Below, one piece after another: positions 50,528-58,152 of a stretch of DNA of 58,152 nt. The position numbers were made by a program, and so were the translations under genes. Numbering within the stretch: position 1 is the stretch's first letter; every line of letters starts with the position of its first letter. The DNA comes from Microbacterium sp. (GTDB lineage: Bacteria; Actinomycetota; Actinomycetes; Actinomycetales; Microbacteriaceae): positions 1 through 58,152 of the forward strand of contig JBARWR010000071.1 of assembly GCA_049646915.1 (NCBI GenBank). Direction: 5' to 3'. A model generated the notes under the pieces. It was given only the letters and a program-made list of their open reading frames with translations, ran no database searches and had not been told where the DNA came from.

Positions 50528-52191
50528 GGTGCGTCCTTGATGTTGAGTTGTCGGCGGTGTCGATTCGCGAGGTCGTTGACGGCGGGTTCCAGTCCCGGGT
50601 CATACCCGCGCGCAAGGCCGGCATACTCCAGTCGGATGGCACCTGCGGTCTCGATCGCCTTTACCCATACCCGCCGGCGAGGGATGAACAGGGCGGTCAG
50701 GAGTCCGCTGAGGGACAGCAGCGCGAACGCGAGTACCCATCCCCGCGACGGGTCATGAGTGATATCGAAGCTCGCGAACCGCAGGACGCTTTCCGTGTAG
50801 TCGGTAGCGGTAGCGGTAGCGGTAGCGGCAGCGGCGTCGGCGTCGGCGTGTTCGAAGGTGACCGTGCCGAGCCCGTTCGGCAGTGGTGCGCTTTCGCCGG
50901 GACGCAGCTTGATCGCCTCGACGCCGGTGTTCCCTCCCGCAACCTGGGTCATGGCGTCGACATCAAGCGCATACACGTTGCGTGAGATACCGTCATCGAC
51001 GCCGAGATCGCCTGTGTAGACATTGAGCGTCAGTACTGGGTTGAGAAGATCAGCGTGCATGGAGGTAAGCGCTCCGGTGGGGAGTTCGCCGGCGGTTGGG
51101 TAGAAGAACCCGATCATGCCGATCTGTGCCGGCAGTGCGTCGGGCGCCTTGATGAAGCCCATCGAGGTGAGATTGGCGTCTTGGGGCAGGAAGGGGACGA
51201 TGTCGGTGAGGGCCACGTCCCCGTTCCCGTCGGTCACGGTGATTCGTGGTGCGTAGCCGTTGCCGAGCAGGAAGACGTCTGAACCGAGCAACGGCAGTGG
51301 CTGGTTGACCTTGATGGTGCCTCTCGACGCGGGTTCTCCCGGGGTCGAGACCGAGACATCCGCTGTGTAGTCGATAGGGAACCCGAATGCGTTGAGGTTC
51401 TCCTCCTCGTACTCGACGGAGAAGTCGTCCAAGACCATGCGGAACGGAAGCAGCATGCTCTCGTCGAAGAACCGGCCGGGGGTGAAACTTGAGTAGTCGC
51501 TCAGCACGTTCACGAAGGGTTGTCCTTCGACGATGACTCGCTGGCCCGTGTAGGTGAAGCCTCCGCCGATGCCGACGGCGATGAGGACACCAATGAGACC
51601 GGTGTGGAACACCAGGTTGCCGGTTTCACGCAGGTAGCCGCGCTCAGCTGACACAGACCGGTGAGGTGCGTCGAAGACGCGGACGCGGTACCCGCTCTTG
51701 CGCAGAAGGGTCCGAGCAGATTCGATGGCGGCATCCGCATCTGTTTCCTTCATTTCCACCCAACTGAATGCAGGCAGACGTTGCAGCCGGACAGGTGTCC
51801 TCGGCGGTGGCGTGCGCAGCGCTCTGAGGTGGTGGCCGGTGCGCGGGATCACACAGCCGATCAACGACAGGAACAACAATAGATAGATGCTGGAGAACCA
51901 CGCCGAGGTGAAGACATCGAAGAGCTGGAGAGCATCCAGGATCGCGGCGAGTTCGGGGTTTTCCTTGATGTATTGGAGGACACCGTTCGGATCAGAACTG
52001 CGCTGAGGCACTAATGAGCCCGGCACCGCGGCAAGAGCCAGCAGCAAGAGCAGCAGCAACGCTGTTCGCATACTCGTGAGCTGGCGCCAGACGAACCGGA
52101 CGTAGCCGGTGACACCGAGCGTCGGCTGTGCAGTTGGGTGGCTGTCACCGGCGAGCACCGGAGTGTCGATGTGGTCAGATGGCCGGGACAA
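50524..52191 (-). CDS. resB: Cytochrome c biogenesis protein ResB
   Basis: [41 protein letters not shown]. Confidence 0.92.
   Translation of the reverse strand: MSRPSDHIDTPVLAGDSHPTAQPTLGVTGYVRFVWRQLTSMRTALLLLLLLALAAVPGSLVPQRSSDPNGVLQYIKENPELAAILDALQLFDVFTSAWFSSIYLLLFLSLIGCVIPRTGHHLRALRTPPPRTPVRLQRLPAFSWVEMKETDADAAIESARTLLRKSGYRVRVFDAPHRSVSAERGYLRETGNLVFHTGLIGVLIAVGIGGGFTYTGQRVIVEGQPFVNVLSDYSSFTPGRFFDESMLLPFRMVLDDFSVEYEEENLNAFGFPIDYTADVSVSTPGEPASRGTIKVNQPLPLLGSDVFLLGNGYAPRITVTDGNGDVALTDIVPFLPQDANLTSMGFIKAPDALPAQIGMIGFFYPTAGELPTGALTSMHADLLNPVLTLNVYTGDLGVDDGISRNVYALDVDAMTQVAGGNTGVEAIKLRPGESAPLPNGLGTVTFEHADADAAAATATATATDYTESVLRFASFDITHDPSRGWVLAFALLSLSGLLTALFIPRRRVWVKAIETAGAIRLEYAGLARGYDPGLEPAVNDLANRHRRQLNIKDAP
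50802..50849. repeat. In-frame hexamer microsatellite in resB
   Basis: (CGGTAG)4 CGGCAG (CGGCGT)3, encoding part of [15 protein letters not shown]. Confidence 0.8.
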
Positions 52192-52915
52192 ATCCGCTGA
52201 TCACCCCACCCAGGCTCGACATCAGCGCGGTCCACAGCCCAGACACCATGACGAGGCCGATAAGGATCAGCATGACGCCGCCGATAATGTTGATGACGCG
52301 GATGTGTCGCTTGAGCCAGTCCACCGAACCCGCCGCCCAACTCAATCCCAGGGCGACCAAGAGGAACGGTATGCCCAGACCGAGGCAGTACACCGCGCCG
52401 AGCAGCGCACCACGGGTCGGAGAGCCGCCGTTCAAGCTGAGCGCAAGAACGGCAGCGAGGGTCGGACCGATACAGGGCGCCCAGCCCAGTCCGAACACGA
52501 CACCCAGGAACGGCGCGCCGGCCAGGCCGGTCGCTACCCTCCAGCGGGGCTTGATCATGCGCTGCATCGAGGTGAACATCCCGATGAAAACCAGACCCAT
52601 CAGGATGACGATCACGCCGGCCGCGCGGGTGATCAGATCCATCCACGGCACCAGCAGCAGCCCCGCAGTCCCGAACAGCAGCCCCAAAGTCACGAAGATC
52701 GCACTGAATCCCAGGATGAAGAAGAGCACGCCGAGTAACATCCTCCGGCGATCACTGCGACCGCCACTGTCGCTGAGTCCGCCGATGTAGCCGAGATACC
52801 CGGGAAGCAGCGGGAGGACGCAGGGCGAGGCGAAGGACAGCAGCCCCGCCAAAAGCGCCAGTGGTAGAGCGATCAGAAGACTGCCCGAGATGACGATCTG
52901 GTCGATTGCCCCCAT
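52175..52915 (-). CDS. ccdA: Cytochrome c biogenesis CcdA
   Basis: [14 protein letters not shown] and GWAPCIGP. Confidence 0.93.
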   Translation of the reverse strand: MGAIDQIVISGSLLIALPLALLAGLLSFASPCVLPLLPGYLGYIGGLSDSGGRSDRRRMLLGVLFFILGFSAIFVTLGLLFGTAGLLLVPWMDLITRAAGVIVILMGLVFIGMFTSMQRMIKPRWRVATGLAGAPFLGVVFGLGWAPCIGPTLAAVLALSLNGGSPTRGALLGAVYCLGLGIPFLLVALGLSWAAGSVDWLKRHIRVINIIGGVMLILIGLVMVSGLWTALMSSLGGVISGFVPAI

Positions 52916-53508
52916 CACGGTTCCTCCGTGATGAGATCGCTGATGATGGCGTCCAGCATCGAAGGCGCCTCGACGAGTCCGATGAACCGTGCGGCAACGC
53001 GACCCTTCTTGTCCAGCACCAAGGTCGTCGGCACCGCGCTGGGCGGTGCGTGACCGGCGAATGCGAGCCGCACAGTGCCCGAGTTCGCATCGATGATGGA
53101 CGGGTAGGAGATGGCGAACCTTCTCGCGAATGCGAGCGATGTCTCCGGCTGGTCGTAGACGTTGACACCGAGGAAACTGGCGCCGGCGTCCTGATACTTT
53201 GCAGACAACGCGGCTAGATCCGGCGCCTCGACACGACACGGAGCGCACGCGGCGTACCAGAAGTTCACTACCAGCACCTCGCCGGCATAATCGCTGCTGG
53301 TGACTTCGGTGCCAATATCTGTCGTGCCGTCAAAGACGACGGGTGCTCCTCGGTCGGCCTCGGCGAACTCGGTGACGGTGCCGTCCGCCGATGCGTAAGC
53401 TGTGTCGCTGTTCTCGACATACTTTTCGGCCAGGGGGTCGGCGGCGCAACCTGACAACAACAGTGCAGCGGCTACACACACAGCTATGGAACGGGGGATG
53501 ATTCTCAA
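52915..53508 (-). CDS. TlpA/ResA thiol-disulfide reductase lipoprotein
   Basis: TTG start after GGAG, lipobox [18 protein letters not shown]. Confidence 0.9.
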   Translation of the reverse strand: MRIIPRSIAVCVAAALLLSGCAADPLAEKYVENSDTAYASADGTVTEFAEADRGAPVVFDGTTDIGTEVTSSDYAGEVLVVNFWYAACAPCRVEAPDLAALSAKYQDAGASFLGVNVYDQPETSLAFARRFAISYPSIIDANSGTVRLAFAGHAPPSAVPTTLVLDKKGRVAARFIGLVEAPSMLDAIISDLITEEP

Positions 53509-53665
53509 AGTGTCTCCAGGTGCGAACGATCTCTTGGTTACTTCACGTGCGCCGGTGCGCGACAGGGCTGACGCACCAGTGGCGCTGCAGGAACCGGCTA
53601 CGGGTTCGCGGCGCTCACGGATAGCCGTGTGACCGCACACGCTGAATAGCGCGTCAGGTCAGAAA

Positions 53666-54136
53666 TCAGGTTCGGCTGATGGAGAGAAGAACCAAGGACA
53701 CCCGAACCGGTCGAGTCAGCAGCGCAGGAGATGCCGTAGACGGGAGACGATCGCGAGTCAAGAACCACGAGCCTCTCGCATCGCCTCGAAGGTGGCGTCG
53801 GATCACAATGAACCCAAGAACGCAGCACCCGAGCAGCGCTGCGCACACTCCAACTGCGACGAGAATGGGGAGCGCAACGATCGCCGTCCGCCCCTGAAGC
53901 TCTCCGCTGGCGGAGTCGGTCGTTGCAGAGCCGACGTTGGCTGAGGTGTCGGTGGCAGAGAGCGAGACGGCAACATCTGTGCTCGTTGCCGCAACTGTCG
54001 ATTTCGTGTCCGGTTGGACCGAGATTCCCACGACCGAGACGAGCACGAGAAGTGCTGTCGTCACGATCTTCACAAGTAACGTCTGCACTGCACTCCTTCC
54101 CAGTCGCAACCCGAGGTCAGTCGTCACCGGCACCAT
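53666..54136 (-). CDS. Two-TM Cys-bearing leader protein ending LSISRT, copy 3
   Basis: TM1, Ser/Thr/Ala loop, GVCAALLGCC TM, tail VRVSLVLLSISRT*; start uncertain. Confidence 0.65.
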   Translation of the reverse strand: MVPVTTDLGLRLGRSAVQTLLVKIVTTALLVLVSVVGISVQPDTKSTVAATSTDVAVSLSATDTSANVGSATTDSASGELQGRTAIVALPILVAVGVCAALLGCCVLGFIVIRRHLRGDARGSWFLTRDRLPSTASPALLTRPVRVSLVLLSISRT

Positions 54137-54151
54137 ACCCCAGCGAGGTAT
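54135..54151. promoter_or_regulatory. CsoR/RicR-type operator
   Basis: ATACCC-CAGCG-AGGTAT, fits TACCC-N5-(G/A)GGTA. Confidence 0.7.
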
Positions 54152-54271
54152 GGACGCAACTCGGATGTGCTTCTCGGCCATCACCGCTCAACGCCGACAG
54201 TGAGGATGCAGCGGTGAGCGGCAGGTCGAGGCCGGAAAATGAAATGCTTCCTCGGTGCCCTCGTCTTGCGG

Positions 54272-54361
54272 AATCCGGACGTGCTGGAACTTACTCAGCA
54301 GGTGATCGAGGATCAGACCGCCGAGATCTCGACCATGCAGGACCTCCTCAACGAACTCTGA
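54272..54361 (+). pseudogene. 3' remnant of a DUF305 gene
   Basis: NPDVLELTQQVIEDQTAEISTMQDLLNEL* versus NPDVLELAQQVIDDQTAEIATMQELLGQL* ending at 16674. Confidence 0.85.
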
Positions 54362-54453
54362 AGTCGCGGGCGGGCCGGAGCCGAACCGGCCCGCCCGGGC
54401 ACTTTTGGCCCGACAGGCCACGCATCCTTCCAGACCCACTATCGGAGCCCTTC

Positions 54454-55311
54454 ATGACCCGCCGTCTCCTCATTCTTTCAACCCTTCCCCTGCCGCTCTC
54501 GCCGTCGCCATCCCAGGCTGCGCGACGCAAGCCAGTACGGCCGACGCCGTCCCCCCCCGCAGATCGAACATATCCACGGCATCGCTGCCGACCCCGCGGG
54601 GAGCGCCTGTTCCTGGCCACCCACGGAGGTATCTTCACCATCAGCAAGTCTGGCGAGCTCGCCGGGCCCCTCGGCGGCAATGACTTCGACGCAATGGGAT
54701 TCACCGTTGCCGATGACGCCCTCTTCGCCTCCGGCCATCCTGGTGCGCAAACGTCCGCGGAGCTTGGCGCCCCGAATCTCGGGATCATCCGCAGCGACGA
54801 CTACGGCGCCACCTGGGCACCGATAGCTCTCAATGGGACCGCGGACTTTCATGTTCTCACCGCTGATCCCGACGGTACGCTCTACGGATTCGCCTCCACA
54901 CAGGTCGATCTCCTAGTCAGTACCGATGAGGGACGAAACTGGAAGCCGGGCGCCTCGCTCTCCGCAGCGGACCTCGCAGCCACAGAGGAAGGTCTGTACG
55001 CGGCGACCGAGGACGGCTTGCTGATCAGCGCAGATCAGGGGGCGTCGTTCATCCCGGTCGACGGCGCACCGCTGCTGTACTCCATCGACACCGCCCCGGA
55101 CGGTACCCTCGCCGGCGTCGGCACCGACGGCGCTCTCGGGTCCCAGGAGCCGCAGCGCGACTGGGAGCGCGTCGGGTCATCGCTCCAGGGCGTTGCCCAG
55201 GCCTTCAGCATCGTCGGCGCTGCACGATTCGTCTTCGTCGACGATCGCGGTGTCGTCGAGGTCACCTCCGACCTAACCACTGTCCTCGTTCCCGCTGATC
55301 AGCCCGGCTGA
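54454..55311 (+). pseudogene. F510_1955-family paralog with scrambled N-terminus
   Basis: Body matches 16821-17660; lipobox (IPGC) and HIHG lie in other frames through slips in C runs. Confidence 0.75.
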
Positions 55312-55334
55312 CGACGCCGAGTCAGGAGCTGCGC

Positions 55335-55451
55335 ATGGACAAGTCCCGGAACCCTTTCCGAAGTCAAGCGATATTCTTCACCGCGTCAACGGTGCTCGTC
55401 GTCGTACTGACGGTGGCCAGCTACTTCGTCATCGAGGGGATGTTCGGTTGA
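55335..55451 (+). CDS. 38-aa single-TM small protein (NPFR motif), copy 2
   Basis: MDKSRNPFRSQAIFFTASTVLVVVLTVASYFVIEGMFG*; RBS aggag. Confidence 0.6.
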   Translation: MDKSRNPFRSQAIFFTASTVLVVVLTVASYFVIEGMFG

Positions 55452-55654
55452 ATCACATACCCGAAAGCCGTCGGAACATCTCCCCGTTCGTCATAAGCCT
55501 GATAGTTCGGCCGCCGCCGACGCGCCATTCCATCGCGCCTTAGGAGAGCACCTCGTGCAGTCCGTAGATGGCGACGTCGGAGTTCGCCCTGAACCGATCC
55601 GGATGCTCATCGATTGGTTCAGGCGATCTGCGAGGGCTTTCCGTAGTCGAGACC

Positions 55655-56044
55655 CTACAAGTAGCGGCAGACCTGATCCGGGCTGCACGTCGCGGGGTCC
55701 GGGTGCGCGGCGTCCCGCCTGAGCTCGGCGATGGTGCCGTGCAGCGCGCAGAGCCGGTTGATCTGCTGCTCGATCTCTGCCAGGCGCGCGTCGAGCAGGT
55801 CTCGCACGTGCTCACAGGGTGCGGTTCCATTGTCGCGGATGTTCAGGATCTGGCGGATCTGGGCCAGGGTGAGGCCCGCGGCCTGGCCGCGGTGGACGAA
55901 GTCGATCCGGGCGACCGTCTCGGGCGCGTAGTCGCGGTAGCCCGAGGGCGTCCGCTCGGCCGGCGGGAGCAGTCCCTGCTCCTCATAGAAACGGAGCGTC
56001 TTCGCCGTCGTCCCAGACGCCGCGGCGAGTTTCCCGATGCGCAT
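55655..56044 (-). CDS. merR: MerR-family heavy-metal regulator
   Basis: MRIGKLA..KTLRFYEEQGLL..RTPSGYRDY; Cys in APC, TC, VC; divergent from merA. Confidence 0.85.
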   Translation of the reverse strand: MRIGKLAAASGTTAKTLRFYEEQGLLPPAERTPSGYRDYAPETVARIDFVHRGQAAGLTLAQIRQILNIRDNGTAPCEHVRDLLDARLAEIEQQINRLCALHGTIAELRRDAAHPDPATCSPDQVCRYL

Positions 56045-56076
56045 AGCTGCCCTCCCTGTGTTTGGCGGGAGCGCGC

Positions 56077-56105
56077 TTGACCTTCCCCTGCACTGGAGGG
56101 TTCAG
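56077..56105. promoter_or_regulatory. MerR-type operator/promoter dyad
   Basis: TTGACCTTCC-CCTGCACT-GGAGGGTTCAG with -35 TTGACC. Confidence 0.75.
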
Positions 56106-56151
56106 TATGGCCGAGAAGTAAGAGAAGTCCAAGCGTTGACGGGAGTTAGTG

Positions 56152-57576
56152 ATGCCTACGAAGTACGACCTCGCCATCATCGGATCTGGCGGCGGAGCGT
56201 TCGCCGCGGCGATCCGCGCAACCGCGCTCGGGAAGTCGGTGGTGATGATCGAGCGCGGCACGCTCGGCGGCACCTGCGTGAACACCGGATGCGTGCCGTC
56301 GAAGACCCTCATCGCCGCCGCGGAGGCACGGCACGTCGCCGCCGACGCCACGGGCCGGTTCCTGGGGATCGCGACGAGGGCGGAGCCGGTGGACATGCGC
56401 GCTCTGATCGCAGAGAAGCAGGCGCTGGTCGAGTCGCTGCGCGGCGAGAAGTACGCCGACGTCGCCGCGTCCTACGGCTGGCAGATCCGAAGAGGGGACG
56501 CCGCATTCTCCGGCACGCCCGATGCGCCGGTGCTGGAGGTCATCTCCGCAGACGGGACGCTCAACACCGTCGAGGCCGAGCACTACCTGGTCGCCACCGG
56601 CTCCCGGCCGTGGGTCCCGCCGATCGACGGTCTGGACGAGGCCGGGTACCTGACCTCGACGACGGCCATGGAGCTGGTTGAGGTCCCCGAGTCGTTGCTC
56701 GTGCTTGGCGGCGGGTACGTCGCACTGGAGCAGGCGCAGCTGTTCGCCCGCCTCGGATCCCAGGTCACCGTGCTGGCGCGGTCCCGGCTCGCGTCGAAGG
56801 AGGAGCCGGAGGTGTCCAGGGCGCTCCAGGAGGTGTTCGCCGACGAAGACATCCGCGTGGTGCGCCGCGCGGTTCCGACCCGGGTGTCCCGCGACAAGGA
56901 GACAGGGCAAGCGATCGTGACCGCGGACGTGTCCGGCGGTGCGCGGGAGTTCCGCGCCGACCACGTGCTAGTCGCCCTCGGACGCCGCCCGGTCACCGAC
57001 GGGCTGAATCTCGACGCGGTCGGAGTGAAGACCGGCGGATCCGGCGAGGTGGTTGTCTCCGACCGGCTGCAGTCGTCCAATCCGCGGGTCTGGGCCGCGG
57101 GCGACGTGACGGGGCACCCCGAGTTCGTCTACGTCGCCGCCCACCATGGCACCCTGGTCGCTGAGAACGCCTTCGCCGACGCCGCCAGGTCTGTGGACTA
57201 CGCCAGGCTGCCACGGGTGACATTCACCGGCCCGGCGATCGGCGCTGTTGGGATGACCGAGAAGCAGGTCATCGCCGCTGGGATCCGCTGCGATTGCCGC
57301 GTGCTGCCTCTGCGCCACGTGCCCCGGGCGCTGGTCAACCGCGACACCCGCGGGTTCATCAAGATCGTCGTGGACGCCGACACTAGCGAGATCCTGGGCC
57401 TCACCGCGGTCGCCAAAGACGCTGGAGAACTCGCCACAGCAGGGGTGCACGTGCTCGGCAAGACCGTCGCCGAGGTCGCCGACGCGTGGGCCCCTTACCT
57501 GACCATGGCGGAGGGCATCCGGATCGCCGCGAAGGCCTTCACCACCGACCCGTCGATGCTGTCGTGCTGTGCATGA
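56152..57576 (+). CDS. merA: Mercuric reductase (no NmerA domain)
   Basis: GSGGGA, GGTCVNTGCVPSK, FVYVAA, PYLTMAE, terminal SCCA. Confidence 0.95.
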   Translation: MPTKYDLAIIGSGGGAFAAAIRATALGKSVVMIERGTLGGTCVNTGCVPSKTLIAAAEARHVAADATGRFLGIATRAEPVDMRALIAEKQALVESLRGEKYADVAASYGWQIRRGDAAFSGTPDAPVLEVISADGTLNTVEAEHYLVATGSRPWVPPIDGLDEAGYLTSTTAMELVEVPESLLVLGGGYVALEQAQLFARLGSQVTVLARSRLASKEEPEVSRALQEVFADEDIRVVRRAVPTRVSRDKETGQAIVTADVSGGAREFRADHVLVALGRRPVTDGLNLDAVGVKTGGSGEVVVSDRLQSSNPRVWAAGDVTGHPEFVYVAAHHGTLVAENAFADAARSVDYARLPRVTFTGPAIGAVGMTEKQVIAAGIRCDCRVLPLRHVPRALVNRDTRGFIKIVVDADTSEILGLTAVAKDAGELATAGVHVLGKTVAEVADAWAPYLTMAEGIRIAAKAFTTDPSMLSCCA

Positions 57577-57594
57577 CTGTCCCAGGGGCGTCGC

Positions 57595-57990
57595 GTCCAT
57601 GACGAACTCGACCGCTACGGAGTCGAAGTCATTACTGGCATGCGCGTTACAGGCATTGCCCGGGAGGGGGCGGGCTCACGGTGATGGGCACTCGTGACGG
57701 GGAAGCCGTCGCGTGCAGCGCAGACGTGGTTCTTGTCGTCGTCGGGTGCGCCCCAACACAGATCTCCTGACCGCTGCGGGCGCAAAGATAGGAGCAGGTG
57801 GAGCAGTGGTCGTCGACGGGCGGATGCGCACCTGATTGCGCCATGTGTGGGCGGTAGGCGATGGCGTGGTCACGCATCATCGCCTCCTCGGCGTCACTCA
57901 CCTCCCGCTCGGTACCCCCGCTCACAAACAGGGGCGCGCGGCGGGGGGAGAATGCGGTCGGCGGTGACACCCGGTTCGCCAGAAGTCTGC
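57595..57990 (+). pseudogene. Fragment of CoA-disulfide reductase/NADH oxidase-like flavoprotein
   Basis: Frameshifted VHDELDRYGVEV..ADVVLVVVG/RPNT..VDGRMRT*..VWAVGDGV..LPLGTPAHKQGR. Confidence 0.7.
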
Positions 57991-58025
57991 AGGTGCGGGC
58001 ATCCTCGAAGTGAGTGACTGGACCG

Positions 58026-58152
58026 CTAGATGAGTGAGTCCTATTGGTTCAGTGGTCGTAGGCGATGAGGGAGCGTTTGGCACGTGCGCCGGTGAGCCAG
58101 TTATGCCAGATGCCGGCGGCGAGGGCGAGGAGGCGGGCTGCGACGCGGGAGT
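58026..58152 (-). mobile_element. IS982-family element right end (transposase C-terminus)
   Basis: Minus strand SRVAARLLALAAGIWHNWLTGARAKRSLIAYDH* (stop 58049-58051), then short tail ending ...actcatCTAG. Confidence 0.8.

Noticed and set aside
53923..54453. N-terminal extension of the 462-aa ORF
   Set aside because: Overlaps leader 3 and the DUF305 relic; real start is near 54454
57577..58017. merB downstream of merA
   Set aside because: Translates as a broken pyridine nucleotide-disulfide oxidoreductase, not a lyase

Overview
High-GC actinobacterial DNA (Microbacteriaceae-like). Bases 1-5297 are host core: a partial MFS transporter and an NrdR-boxed class Ib ribonucleotide reductase operon (nrdH-nrdI-nrdE-nrdF). 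Immediately after nrdF a large tyrosine-integrase ICE begins and runs off the right edge. Its backbone has int/xis with arm-type repeats, DprA, SSB, a VirD4-like coupling protein, VirB4/VirB6/SCO6880/pilin-like/M23 transfer genes, ParB, a primase-polymerase, an ArdC-like protein and an XRE-NUDIX-HD module. No relaxase is visible. Cargo blocks: (i) a CsoR copper block (csoR, copB-type ATPase, YHS, DUF305 x2, F510_1955-type lipoprotein, Csp); (ii) dsbA-czcO-czcD-lspA-lnt-M23; (iii) cmtR-cadA-cadD-lspA; (iv) ctaG plus a tlpA-ccdA-resB-ccsB cytochrome c maturation set; (v) merR-merA. There are many gene relics and IS256/IS982 fragments. The most striking unexplained signal is three divergent two-TM, Cys-bearing upstream ORFs that all end S-L-x-x-L-[SG]-[IL]-S-R-T-TGA. 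Each precedes an exported copper/thiol-redox gene, and in two of them the terminal codons base-pair with the downstream Shine-Dalgarno, suggesting an actinobacterial ribosome-arrest leader system. A second signal is a recurring CAC(C/A)T promoter-like motif in front of backbone genes, together with a possible sigma-region-2-like ICE protein. Family names come from motif recognition, not database searches.
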